From Anaerolineales bacterium (GTDB lineage: Bacteria; Chloroflexota; Anaerolineae; B4-G1; SLSP01): a stretch of 37,586 nt of DNA. Under the pieces are notes generated by a model. The model was given only the letters and a program-made list of their open reading frames with translations. It was not told the DNA's origin and ran no database searches. Shown in pieces: positions 9,091-17,966 of the stretch. The stretch's first letter is position 1. Every line of letters begins with the position of its first letter. Position numbers and translations under genes: made by a program. The stretch spans positions 1 through 37,586 of the forward strand of contig JBKHCQ010000002.1 of the NCBI GenBank assembly GCA_046541755.1, written 5' to 3'.

Positions 9091-10110
9091 TTAATGGCTC
9101 AAGAAGTACCGACGATACACCTCGTATCCACCGGTGCTCAATTTCAACCGGAGAGGCGAATGGACACAGGTGTTGCGGCCAAAACAGACCAATTGACCGC
9201 CGAACTTGGCTTTGAAATCGCGCACGCCGTAGTCCTCGTCGGGATGGCCCGCGCCGCCGAAGTCGTAGACCCTGTAGCCGTGCTGCGCGCCCCATGCCAG
9301 GATGTTCCACATCAACATCTCGTTAGGCATGTAGGAACCGTACTCGCGATCCAGCCCGCCGTACCAACCGTAGATGATGTCCTTGTAAAGCAACTCCACC
9401 GAGACGGCGGCGAGGGCCTCATCCACGCGGGCCACGGTGAAGCGGATCATCTCTTTTGAAAAGAGCACATCGAACGCCGCCTCGAAGAGCGAGAGATCAG
9501 CCAGGGGAATCTCGGCCAAACTATACGTCTGCGCCAGCAGATCATAGCAGCGGGCCACGCCCTCGCGATCCGTCACCGCCGCGACGTTGACATCCGCCTG
9601 GCGCAGCCCACGGCGGATGTGCTTGCGCGTGCGCCGCCCGAGGCTCTGCAAGACCTCCTCCGGGGAGGGGGCCAGATCGATCAGGTAGTTCAGATGATCG
9701 TCATAGGCGAAGCCGCTGGCGATCAACACCGGTTGGATCACGTCCGGATCGGATAGATTGCGCAGTTCGGTGAAGAGCGACGCACCATTCATCTCCCGCC
9801 GATATGCGCGCAGGAGCGTCCGCAACGCCTCCCGGCCCGCATCCCCCGGCGCGCAGAGAATGCCGCCGTAAACGACGGAGCGCGTGGTGAGCGGGCGCAA
9901 CCAGCCCGCCATCAAGGTAACGTGCACGGGCGACAGCAGGGCGAGCACGCGCTCCTCTTGCACCGCCGCCCACAATTCTGGGCGATGCCCCTCAGCGCGC
10001 CGGAAGACCTCGAACATCTCCGGCGTGTGGAAGATGTTGCCGTGGGGGTGCTCATCCACAAAGCGGCGCCATTGCGCCTCTGGCAAGCTGCGAACAACCG
10101 AAACATTCAT
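9091..10110 (-). CDS. FemAB-family (Acetyltransf_6-like) aminoacyl/peptidyl transferase homolog
   Basis: 339 aa. N-terminus ...FVDEHPHGNIFHTPEMFEVF. C-terminal half LLYKDIIYGWYGGLDREYGSYMPNEMLMWNILAWGAQHGYRVYDFGGAG...GVRDFKAKFGG, typical of FemAB-like proteins found in EPS loci. ATG 10110 with GGAGG 9 nt upstream. Confidence 0.7.
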   Translation of the reverse strand: MNVSVVRSLPEAQWRRFVDEHPHGNIFHTPEMFEVFRRAEGHRPELWAAVQEERVLALLSPVHVTLMAGWLRPLTTRSVVYGGILCAPGDAGREALRTLLRAYRREMNGASLFTELRNLSDPDVIQPVLIASGFAYDDHLNYLIDLAPSPEEVLQSLGRRTRKHIRRGLRQADVNVAAVTDREGVARCYDLLAQTYSLAEIPLADLSLFEAAFDVLFSKEMIRFTVARVDEALAAVSVELLYKDIIYGWYGGLDREYGSYMPNEMLMWNILAWGAQHGYRVYDFGGAGHPDEDYGVRDFKAKFGGQLVCFGRNTCVHSPLRLKLSTGGYEVYRRYFLSH

Positions 10111-10139
10111 AGAGGGAAACCTCCAATCCGCACAGTAAA

Positions 10140-12824
10140 CTACCGCTTCACCAGGGGCAAATAGACAAACTTGAGCACACCCGGCGGCCAGAATTCATCG
10201 GCGCCTAAATCGGGGGCTTGATAGGGGCGAGGTTGACCGTCCACATCATTCCGCACCCCGGCCTCCACGCCGGCATCCAGCGCGACGCTCTCGGGGAGAA
10301 TACGATAGGTATCGATCAAGGCCGCATCCCCAAAGACGTCGTTGTTTCTCTCGATGTCGCCTTGACCGTTCCAGTACAACGTCGGTTGTTCTCCCCACAG
10401 CGTCGCGTTCAGGATGGCGCGGTTATTCGCCGCGACCACGAGGCCCAGCGTGTGCCCAGAAAGGATGGTATTCGTCAGAGCTACCGTGCTATGATTGCCA
10501 TAGCCGTCATCCGTGATATAGACGCCGACGTCCACATCACCTGGATCATTGGCAACGTTATAAGCAATCGTCGAGTGCAGTAACCGGGGCGAAGCGGCTT
10601 TGATATACACCCCCGCGCCGGTCGCGCCGGCTTGATTGTCCATCACCACGGTATTGACTAGCACCGCATTGCTTTTATCCAAGAATAAGCCGCCGCCATT
10701 ATCCCGGGCCGTATTCGCCATAATGATATTGCGGTCGAATGTGGCATCACTGGAGCGCGCATACAGCCCCCCGCCCTCGAGCAGCGCGCTGTTGTTAAAA
10801 ATCCTGTTATGCGTGAGCGCCAAGTCATCGGAAGAGGATACATAGATCCCGCCCCCCTCGTGAACGGCCGTGTTAGTCGCAATGATGCTCCCCCGCAACA
10901 TAGCCGCGCTATCATAGGCGAACACTGCTCCCCCGCTCTGTCCCGCGTGATTATGGGAGATGTTGAGGTAGTCGAGACGCGCCGAACCTCCATAGAGGTA
11001 AACGCCGCCGCCACGCGCCTCGGCCCGGTTATGGGAGATGACATTAGCGCCGGAGAATGTAGCCGTGTCCCCTTCCATATACAGCCCGCCGCCCTCTCCC
11101 AAAGAAACATTGTACGAAATATCATTATCGACATAATGGGCCTGACTCCAACCCAAAAACAAGCCGCCGCCCTGCTCCGAGGCGAAGTTTTGGCTGAATT
11201 GATTGGCAATGAGCGTCGGACGATACCCCACCAGCGCTAACCCACCCCCACGTGTGGCGCGGTTAGAGGTGATGATGTTATCCTTGAGTTCGGCGGCGCT
11301 ATTATATAAACGCAGGGCGCCGCCTATCTCGGCTACATTTTCAGAGAATGTATTGACCTCGACTAGGGAGGTATCCCCACCTAAATAGAGACCGCCGCCT
11401 AGATCGGCAGAGTTGGAGATGAATGTATTATTGGTAATCGTCGCGTTACAAGAGACAACGTAAAGACCGCCGCCGGTAGCATCATCTTCTGGCCTAACAG
11501 CGACCGCCTGATTACCGAGGAAGCTGTTATCAGCAACTTGAGCGGCATTACCAACTAAGTATAGACCGCCCCCATTATCACCGGCGAGGTTAGAATGTAC
11601 CTCGTTCGCTTCAAACACAGGTGCGCCCGCATACGCATAAAGTCCGGCCCCATTCAAGGCATTATTATTAGCAAGGGAATTTCCCTGAAGCGACGCTACG
11701 GTGTTTTCCAGGCACAGCCCGCCGCCGGTGATGACAGAAGTATTGCCGGATATCGTATTATTGCGGAAGGTGACATCGCTGTCATTGAGCAGCAAGCCGC
11801 CCCCCTTGCGGGTCGCCCTATTGTCAGAAATGGTATTGCCGTTCAGTGTAGCCCCGCGCACAGTAACCAACATGCCTCCGCCGCCAAAGTCGCCCGTATT
11901 GTTCGAGAGCGTGTTGTTGCTAAATATCATTTCACTTTCATCGATATAGAGGCCGCCGCCTTCCGGTGCTTGGTTGCCCGATAGGGTATTACGACTGAGC
12001 GTCGTGTCGTCGCTCCGGGTTAAATACAGCCCGCCGCTCCGAATCGTAGCGATGTTGTTGCTAATATTATTCTCACTGAATGTCGAGCCGCCGATGTCAA
12101 ATAGGCGCATCGCCCCGCCGTAATCAGCCTCATTTTCGCGAACTGTGTTTTTAGAGAGGACAAATTGGCCTTCTCGCAGATATAACCCCCCGCCATAGCC
12201 GCCGATCACCTTGTTGGAAGCGATGGTGTTTTCTAGAAACGTCCCGCCGGTGGATCTCACATAGATGCCGCCGCCTCGCGCCGCTGTGTTCGCGATGACC
12301 TGACACTGTTGCAGGGTCAGCACGCTCCCATACGCCACGTAGATGCCGCCGCCGGCATCTGCATCCCCCACGATGTGTCCCCCTAACCCGGCGGCATTGC
12401 CATTGATAATGCGCAATCCCGCAAGCGTCGGGCCAACGGCGCCGACGACGTAGACGCCCCGCCCTTGCCCCTGCGCATCTATCGTAGTGGGGTTCGCAAT
12501 CGGATCGGGCGTGGCCCAATTACCGGGGCTGTAGCCTCCCTGGATCGTGAGGGTTTTGTTCAGATACACTACCTGCCGCGACTCGCCCCGCGTATTGATC
12601 CCGGTGTACACGCCGGCCGCGACCTTGATCACATCCTGAAAGCCGGCCGCATCCACCGCAGCCTGGATCGTCGTAAAATTGCAGTCAGAGGCGCAGACGG
12701 TGTACGTAGCCGCGCGGGCCGGCTGCGGCACCCCGCTCAACAGCCATCCCAAGCTCAACATCACAGCGAGACTCAAGAGCAAAGTCAGCGTGATTTTTTT
12801 CATCTGATGGGTGAAACGTTTCAT
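10140..12824 (-). CDS. Secreted right-handed parallel beta-helix repeat protein (Pmp-like GGxGxY / FxxN repeats)
   Basis: ATG 12824 with AAGGAGG 7 nt upstream. Signal peptide ...LSLGWLLSGVPQPARA. About 23 repeats of ~23 aa, each with GGG(L/I)Y followed by FxxN(T/I)(I/F)xxN. C-terminal ...DVDGQPRPYQAPDLGADEF, then hydrophobic-basic tail KFVYLPLVKR. Confidence 0.8.
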   Translation of the reverse strand: MKRFTHQMKKITLTLLLSLAVMLSLGWLLSGVPQPARAATYTVCASDCNFTTIQAAVDAAGFQDVIKVAAGVYTGINTRGESRQVVYLNKTLTIQGGYSPGNWATPDPIANPTTIDAQGQGRGVYVVGAVGPTLAGLRIINGNAAGLGGHIVGDADAGGGIYVAYGSVLTLQQCQVIANTAARGGGIYVRSTGGTFLENTIASNKVIGGYGGGLYLREGQFVLSKNTVRENEADYGGAMRLFDIGGSTFSENNISNNIATIRSGGLYLTRSDDTTLSRNTLSGNQAPEGGGLYIDESEMIFSNNTLSNNTGDFGGGGMLVTVRGATLNGNTISDNRATRKGGGLLLNDSDVTFRNNTISGNTSVITGGGLCLENTVASLQGNSLANNNALNGAGLYAYAGAPVFEANEVHSNLAGDNGGGLYLVGNAAQVADNSFLGNQAVAVRPEDDATGGGLYVVSCNATITNNTFISNSADLGGGLYLGGDTSLVEVNTFSENVAEIGGALRLYNSAAELKDNIITSNRATRGGGLALVGYRPTLIANQFSQNFASEQGGGLFLGWSQAHYVDNDISYNVSLGEGGGLYMEGDTATFSGANVISHNRAEARGGGVYLYGGSARLDYLNISHNHAGQSGGAVFAYDSAAMLRGSIIATNTAVHEGGGIYVSSSDDLALTHNRIFNNSALLEGGGLYARSSDATFDRNIIMANTARDNGGGLFLDKSNAVLVNTVVMDNQAGATGAGVYIKAASPRLLHSTIAYNVANDPGDVDVGVYITDDGYGNHSTVALTNTILSGHTLGLVVAANNRAILNATLWGEQPTLYWNGQGDIERNNDVFGDAALIDTYRILPESVALDAGVEAGVRNDVDGQPRPYQAPDLGADEFWPPGVLKFVYLPLVKR

Positions 12825-12864
12825 CGCAAAGCCTCCTTGTTTGTGGTATGGATCACAGCTCTAT

Positions 12865-13084
12865 AGGTGTGACGTTTGATTGTAGGAAAAGATGAACTTG
12901 CGCCGCCTGCGCCTGCGGATGAATCGCAGGCTAAAAGCTAAAGTCGGCTAAAGACCAACTGAAAGACAGAAATCCACGGGAAAATCAAGTCAACTTTAGT
13001 TGACCTGCGCTTCTTAGCCGGGGATTTCAATCTTAGGCACGGGGCGCGGCGGGATGTTTTCCGACGATCAGCCGTCGCTCCCCA
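12865..13084 (+). repeat. Multi-hairpin dispersed repeat, family 1, copy A (slightly decayed)
   Basis: ~220 bp. Aligns end to end with the reverse complement of 31294-31518 (roughly nine of ten positions identical by eye) and with 37208-37299. Contains serial palindromes: GCCTGCG-n7-CGCAGGC, GTCGG-n7-CC(g/a)AC, AGTCAAC-n4-GTTGAC, GCCGGG-n9-..., CGACG-n6-CGTCG. Confidence 0.85.
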
Positions 13085-13171
13085 GCTCTATTATCCTCCT
13101 CCAGATTCCCAAATGATGAATGATGGGGGAATTTCTCGCAACCAATAATTCTCTCGCGACCGATACCCACA

Positions 13172-14476
13172 TCATTTCCCCAAAAAGCGCAGACCGTAAT
13201 CCCACAGCGTCAACGCATCGATGTCGCCGGTGATCGCCAAGGCGCTGCGCGCGCCGTTCGGCCAGCGGCCCAGGCGCACCAACGGCTTGTCCGTTCCTTC
13301 GATTTCGGCCAACAGGGGGCGTTGATCCTCCGCCGTGAAGGCTGTCGGCGCCAGATAATATGAATAACGCCGCGCCTCAGCGCTGATCTGGACGATGTAC
13401 CCCTGCTGGTGCAAAAAATCGGCCAGGGCAGGCGGGGCATCCGGCGCCAGTCCGATGAAGGGGCGGTTGGCGACTCGAATGGTAAAGGATGACGCTGTAA
13501 CCTGCTGATAGCCATCCCCCCACGGGGTCGTCGGCGCGTCGATTGCGACGGAACGCGCCAGCGCAATCGTCCCCGGCGGGCCGTTGATGATGACGTGGAG
13601 CTGATCCGCGCCCGCCTCGGTGATCTCGACCGCCACGGCGGCGCGCGCCCGCCACCAGGCCGCGATCTCATCTAAGCGCGCCATCCACACCGCCGGCGAA
13701 CGGCGGCGCGCCGCGCGCAAGACCGCCTCCAGCGGCCCCTCACACGCCGCGATGCGCTCCGGGTGCAGGCCCAGGACGAACAGCTCGCCCTGCGTGTACG
13801 TCCGCTCCAAAATGGCCAACCAGGGAGCGTCCATCTGGGCCGGCGTCTTGAGCGGCAGGCGCTCGATGAGGGCCTCGTCATCGGGGAGGCTGTAGGGCAT
13901 GCGCACCAGACCATCTTCCAGCACAGGCAGGGAGGGATAGATCGCGGCGGAAAGCGCGCCGTAGAATTTCAGCCCCTCGCGATAGGCCGGCGTCTCGCGC
14001 CCGTCCAGCACATCCCAGGCCAGCCCCTGGCTGCTATCGTAGGTCAGATTACGACGGCGCAAGGCCGTCAGCGTGTCGGCGGCGGCGTGGAGGTAGGGGC
14101 CACGGAATCCCCGCGCCGCGATCTCGGCCTCCTCGCAGATGCTTTGCGCTTGCGCCACCTCGTCCAGATGCTCCGCCAATGAGAGTTGCGCGTGATCCAC
14201 GTGCCGATAGCCGTGGATGGCGAACTCGAATCCTGCCGCCGCATATTGTTGAATCCGTTGCGGGTGGCGGCGCAGGGCGACGGCGGTGATGGGAAAGGTC
14301 GCCGGGCATTCGTAACGGCGCAGCAGCGTGGTGAATCGATCCAGCGCGCGGTGCATCTTCCTCGGCGTCGGCCCATAATGCCGCGTGATGCTCACGCCAC
14401 GACGCAAGAAGTTGGCAAAGCCCTTGCCCTGAAGGGCGATAGCAATAGGGTTGGTTCTCTGAGCGCTTGATCTCAT
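13172..14476 (-). CDS. Polysaccharide deacetylase family protein (NodB-type N-terminal domain plus C-terminal extension)
   Basis: 434 aa. Motifs FPITAVALRRHP, FEFAIHGYRHVDH and RGFRGPYL fit the NodB homology domain. ATG 14476 lies 10 nt after the upstream stop. Confidence 0.7.
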   Translation of the reverse strand: MRSSAQRTNPIAIALQGKGFANFLRRGVSITRHYGPTPRKMHRALDRFTTLLRRYECPATFPITAVALRRHPQRIQQYAAAGFEFAIHGYRHVDHAQLSLAEHLDEVAQAQSICEEAEIAARGFRGPYLHAAADTLTALRRRNLTYDSSQGLAWDVLDGRETPAYREGLKFYGALSAAIYPSLPVLEDGLVRMPYSLPDDEALIERLPLKTPAQMDAPWLAILERTYTQGELFVLGLHPERIAACEGPLEAVLRAARRRSPAVWMARLDEIAAWWRARAAVAVEITEAGADQLHVIINGPPGTIALARSVAIDAPTTPWGDGYQQVTASSFTIRVANRPFIGLAPDAPPALADFLHQQGYIVQISAEARRYSYYLAPTAFTAEDQRPLLAEIEGTDKPLVRLGRWPNGARSALAITGDIDALTLWDYGLRFLGK

Positions 14477-14485
14477 ACGCGCCCC

Positions 14486-15703
14486 CTAATCCAAAAGTAA
14501 TTGATAAGCGGAGAGATATAGTTCCCTCTGCTTTTCCCACTGATATTGCGCGTAGAGCCGTTGTGAGTTCTCGACTAACGTCTGCCGCTTCTCCGGATGT
14601 TGATAGAGATCTAAGATGGCCGCAGCTAAACTTTCGGGGTCGCCCGGCTCGAAGAAGCAGAGGCTGTCGTCATCGAAGTACGCCTGCACGGAGCGCAAGC
14701 GCGAGGCGAGGACGGGTTTCTCGAAGGCCAGGTAATCGTACATCTTGCCGGTATGCACCAGATGCGAATAGATGGACGCTTTCTGGGCGACGATGCCCAC
14801 ATCGGCACGGCGCAGTTCCGCCGCCAGTTGCGCGAACGAAACGTAGCCCAGGTAGTGAACTGCTCCTTGTAAGTCCAACGCCCCGATCTGAGCCAGGAAT
14901 TGATCCCGGTACCCGCCCCACCCTGTGATGCGCAGTTGCAGGCCGGGGATCAATGATCTGAGTTGTGCGACGGCCTGAAGCATCGTGTCGTGACCGTAAC
15001 GCTCCTCGATGGCGCCGTGGCAGATGAGGATGAACTGGCCGTCGGACGGCGGTGACGCGCCGCTCTCTGTCTCTGGGGTTTCCATCTCGAACAGGCGGGC
15101 ATCGGGCACGTTGAGGACGACGGTGATTTTATCGGGATCGGCGCCGCGCGCGACGAAGGAATCCTTGAGCTGCCGCGTGACCGCGAAAGCAGCATCCGTA
15201 TATCGCAGGCTGGCTTGCTGGATGCGCGCCAGCATGTTGATCAAGGCGCGGCGGGGCCAGGGTGCGCGCGCAATATCAGCCTCCTGGGTCATCCCCAAGC
15301 GCGTGGCCCACAGCTCCGGCGTCGGCTCGTACAGTTGCAACATCACTCTTGCGCCCAACAGGCGGGGGATCAGCGTCGCGAATACCAAAAAGTCGGGCAT
15401 CGTGTTCACTTGGATAAAGGCGTAGGGCCGGCGCAGGTGATTGCGAGTGAGCGTAAACGCCGCCATTACAAAGAAGACCGCATACTCGTAGAGATACCGT
15501 CCCGCTCCACCCTTGGAGCGCCGCAGCGGTAAGCGCCACACGTGGAGGCCGTCCACATCCTCGCGCGCCGGCTGATCGCGGCCGCGCAAGCAGAAGACGT
15601 CGACATCAAAGCCAAAATCGCGCAGGGCCAGCGCCTCGCGCCGGACCAGCATATCGTGCGGGTAGTAGCTGCTATGACGGACGATGCAGGCGCGTTTGGT
15701 CAC
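14486..15703 (-). CDS. Glycosyltransferase, GT4-like (GT-B fold)
   Basis: 405 aa, GTG start at 15703. N-terminus ACIVRHSSYYPHDMLVRREALALRDFGFDVDVFC. C-terminal Glycos_transf_1-like region with ...VHTGKMYDYLAFEKPVLAS. Confidence 0.75.
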   Translation of the reverse strand: MTKRACIVRHSSYYPHDMLVRREALALRDFGFDVDVFCLRGRDQPAREDVDGLHVWRLPLRRSKGGAGRYLYEYAVFFVMAAFTLTRNHLRRPYAFIQVNTMPDFLVFATLIPRLLGARVMLQLYEPTPELWATRLGMTQEADIARAPWPRRALINMLARIQQASLRYTDAAFAVTRQLKDSFVARGADPDKITVVLNVPDARLFEMETPETESGASPPSDGQFILICHGAIEERYGHDTMLQAVAQLRSLIPGLQLRITGWGGYRDQFLAQIGALDLQGAVHYLGYVSFAQLAAELRRADVGIVAQKASIYSHLVHTGKMYDYLAFEKPVLASRLRSVQAYFDDDSLCFFEPGDPESLAAAILDLYQHPEKRQTLVENSQRLYAQYQWEKQRELYLSAYQLLLD

Positions 15704-15730
15704 GCTTTCCCTTCCTTTGCAGCTTCTCGC

Positions 15731-15770
15731 ATCTTGCCTTATCTCGCCTCATCTTGCCTTATCTTGCCCC
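15731..15770. repeat. Four phased 10-bp direct repeats (ATCTYGCCYY) in an 81-bp intergenic gap
   Basis: atcttgcctt/atctcgcctc/atcttgcctt/atcttgcccc read directly from the sequence. Lies between stop 15785 and start 15703. Confidence 0.8.
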
Positions 15771-15784
15771 TCATCACGCGCGCG

Positions 15785-16831
15785 TTACTCCTCAAAATAT
15801 GCCGCCGTTTTAATCGGCGGCAGTTCAAGCACGCGAAAAGATTCCCAGGAAATCTCGCCTATCAGATCGTCTTCCGCTAACACGCCCGCCCACGACTGAT
15901 CGGGCTTGCCGTATAATCCCTCGCCATAGAGAACCAGGGAATTCGCCGCAAAATCGCCCACATAGGCGCCATATTCCTGTAAAGCGCGGGCGATGATTTT
16001 GGCGGCCTCCGATAGCTCCAGCGTCTCGACGTCAATCGTAGGATCAAGTTGGAGACGTCCGCCCATAGGAATGCCATGCTCGTCGCCGTAGGCATCATAG
16101 GCTGTGCTGGCCGGATAGACATAGACGCCGGGCCTCGGGGCGTCGTACGCTATCACCAGGGCATGATCGATGTATCCTCGCTGTATCTCTTCCCATCGGA
16201 TCAACCCGGCCAGCAGGGGAAAGCCGCTGGCTCGCGCGCTGCCGATGCCCTCCGGCTGCACACCGTCGCCCTCCAGATCGAAGAGATAGCCCCACTCCAC
16301 CACCCATCCCCCATCCCGCGGCCTGGCCCGAAACATATCCCACGAGAGATCGCGGTACAAATCCACTACGACCATATGAGCATCATCCGCCGGATCGGGC
16401 ATCGCGTCATCCGGGATGGGGATATCCTCCCCAAAGCCGGCGCCGCAGACTTCCCAGGCGTTATCGCAGGGGACATCATAGATGGGCGTATGAGCATCGG
16501 CGTAATACACCGGGATCGTCCAATCATCCAAGTTGATCCAAAATCCGCCGCCGCCGCTGGTTTCCAGCGTGGCGATCATCGCATCGGAATTGGGATCGAT
16601 GGCGGGATCGGGGCCGATGGGGACGTTCCAAGGGCTGTCGGGACTGAATAGTTGCCAAACCTTCACGCCGCCTCGAACGACGGGTAAATATGCTTGGGGC
16701 GTCAGTTCAACTTCAAAGGCCGCGGGGGCGACCGCGGCAAACTCGGATGCTGTATCGGAGAGCGATGTGATGCTAATAGCCAACAAACCTATGACAACGA
16801 CTAAAGTAAAAATCTTCTGGGCGTCCATCAT
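15785..16831 (-). CDS. Hypothetical secreted/membrane-anchored protein (no family recognised)
   Basis: 348 aa. N-terminal hydrophobic anchor IFTLVVVIGLLAISITSL. Acidic, Trp/Gly-rich body (…SARASGFPLLAGLIRWEEIQRGYIDHAL…). Coding-like composition and operon position. The start may be the second ATG (16828). Confidence 0.6.
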   Translation of the reverse strand: MMDAQKIFTLVVVIGLLAISITSLSDTASEFAAVAPAAFEVELTPQAYLPVVRGGVKVWQLFSPDSPWNVPIGPDPAIDPNSDAMIATLETSGGGGFWINLDDWTIPVYYADAHTPIYDVPCDNAWEVCGAGFGEDIPIPDDAMPDPADDAHMVVVDLYRDLSWDMFRARPRDGGWVVEWGYLFDLEGDGVQPEGIGSARASGFPLLAGLIRWEEIQRGYIDHALVIAYDAPRPGVYVYPASTAYDAYGDEHGIPMGGRLQLDPTIDVETLELSEAAKIIARALQEYGAYVGDFAANSLVLYGEGLYGKPDQSWAGVLAEDDLIGEISWESFRVLELPPIKTAAYFEE

Positions 16832-16837
16832 TCCTCT

Positions 16838-16915
16838 CTTAGGCAGTTCCAGGAATCAAAACCTCCCCAACCGGATGTTTTTCCTCGGAAAACGGCTTAC
16901 TTTTGGGAGATTTAT
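16838..16915 (-). repeat. Dispersed ~79-nt intergenic repeat, family 3 (copy a); hairpin followed by a U-rich tract
   Basis: Aligns with 30117-30195. Minus strand: ATAAATCTCCCAAAAG...GGTTGGGGAGGTTTTGATTCCTGGAACTGCCTAAG. Both copies start within 30 nt after a minus-strand stop codon. Confidence 0.7.
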
Positions 16916-16943
16916 TCTCTTGGAACGGCCTTATTATTTCTCC

Positions 16944-17966
16944 CTATTTTTGAACTACTGTCAGCAACTGACGCGCTTTCTCCCACCACTCCTGGCGTCG
17001 AATGGTCTGGAGTGCGCGCATCTCGGCCCGAAATCGCGGTAGATCATCCTGCATCTCCAACAGGGCCTCTCGAATGCCCGGGGCGGTGTTATCGATATGA
17101 AGCGTTCCTTGGTTAAAGTAGGTTTCGAGCACCGGCCCCTGGGATGTGATGAGGGGTTTGCCTAACCACAGTGCTTCGTTGGCGCCGCTGAGGAATTGAT
17201 AATCCTCGACGCACAAATCCATCATCACATCGGCGGCCTCTAAAAGGGAAAAGAAGTCCTCTTGCAAGTAGCCGGTGAAGTGGGCGTTTTCCGGCGCGCT
17301 GTCCACGATGGGCTGCCGCGCTCCCGAATAGTCACCGGTGATGTAAAAATGAATCTCCGGCAATTCGCGCGCCGCTTTCAGCACCTCCCGCACCGGCTCA
17401 TCGGGGCTGGCCGAGCTGACCATGACGACGTTCAGGCGGTTCGCGGGCAACGCCAGCGGCTCGGTCACGCGCGGCGCGAGCGGCGGATCCTCCAGGACCA
17501 AGCTGTGCGCGCCCCAATCCATGACCAAATCGCGCAGGTAGTCGTTGGTCACCAGGGTAGTGATCGCCCGGCGCGAGAGGAAGCGGTGCAAGGGCAACGT
17601 CCATTTCCACATAGGATGTAGCAAGGGCGGCGTGTGAGCATCGATGATGAATTTGGCAGGGAAAAACAGACTGTAGATGTACACGGGCAACGCCGCAAAG
17701 ATCGGGGGGTCTTGGATAAATACCAGTTGGTAGCGCGTGCGGATCAGAAAGATGAGCGTGGCGAAAAATTGATAGGGGTATTTGTAGAGCGCGTGGTATT
17801 TTCCCTTTTTGGCCGTGATGTAAATATGCTTCACATCCATCCCCAGGTGCTGCGCGATGATCTGACTTCGCCGCGAGCCATGGGGCGCGCCCCAGACTAG
17901 GAATAAAGCCTTAGCATCTATTTGAATCGACGGTTGAATCGACGGGTCGCTGTTATGCATGGTCAT
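16944..17966 (-). CDS. Glycosyltransferase (GT-B fold, GT4-like)
   Basis: 340 aa. C-terminal ...LSGANEALWLGKPLITSQGPVLETYF resembles the GT-B EX7E region. Overlaps the upstream stop by 14 nt, so translationally coupled. Confidence 0.6.
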   Translation of the reverse strand: MTMHNSDPSIQPSIQIDAKALFLVWGAPHGSRRSQIIAQHLGMDVKHIYITAKKGKYHALYKYPYQFFATLIFLIRTRYQLVFIQDPPIFAALPVYIYSLFFPAKFIIDAHTPPLLHPMWKWTLPLHRFLSRRAITTLVTNDYLRDLVMDWGAHSLVLEDPPLAPRVTEPLALPANRLNVVMVSSASPDEPVREVLKAARELPEIHFYITGDYSGARQPIVDSAPENAHFTGYLQEDFFSLLEAADVMMDLCVEDYQFLSGANEALWLGKPLITSQGPVLETYFNQGTLHIDNTAPGIREALLEMQDDLPRFRAEMRALQTIRRQEWWEKARQLLTVVQK

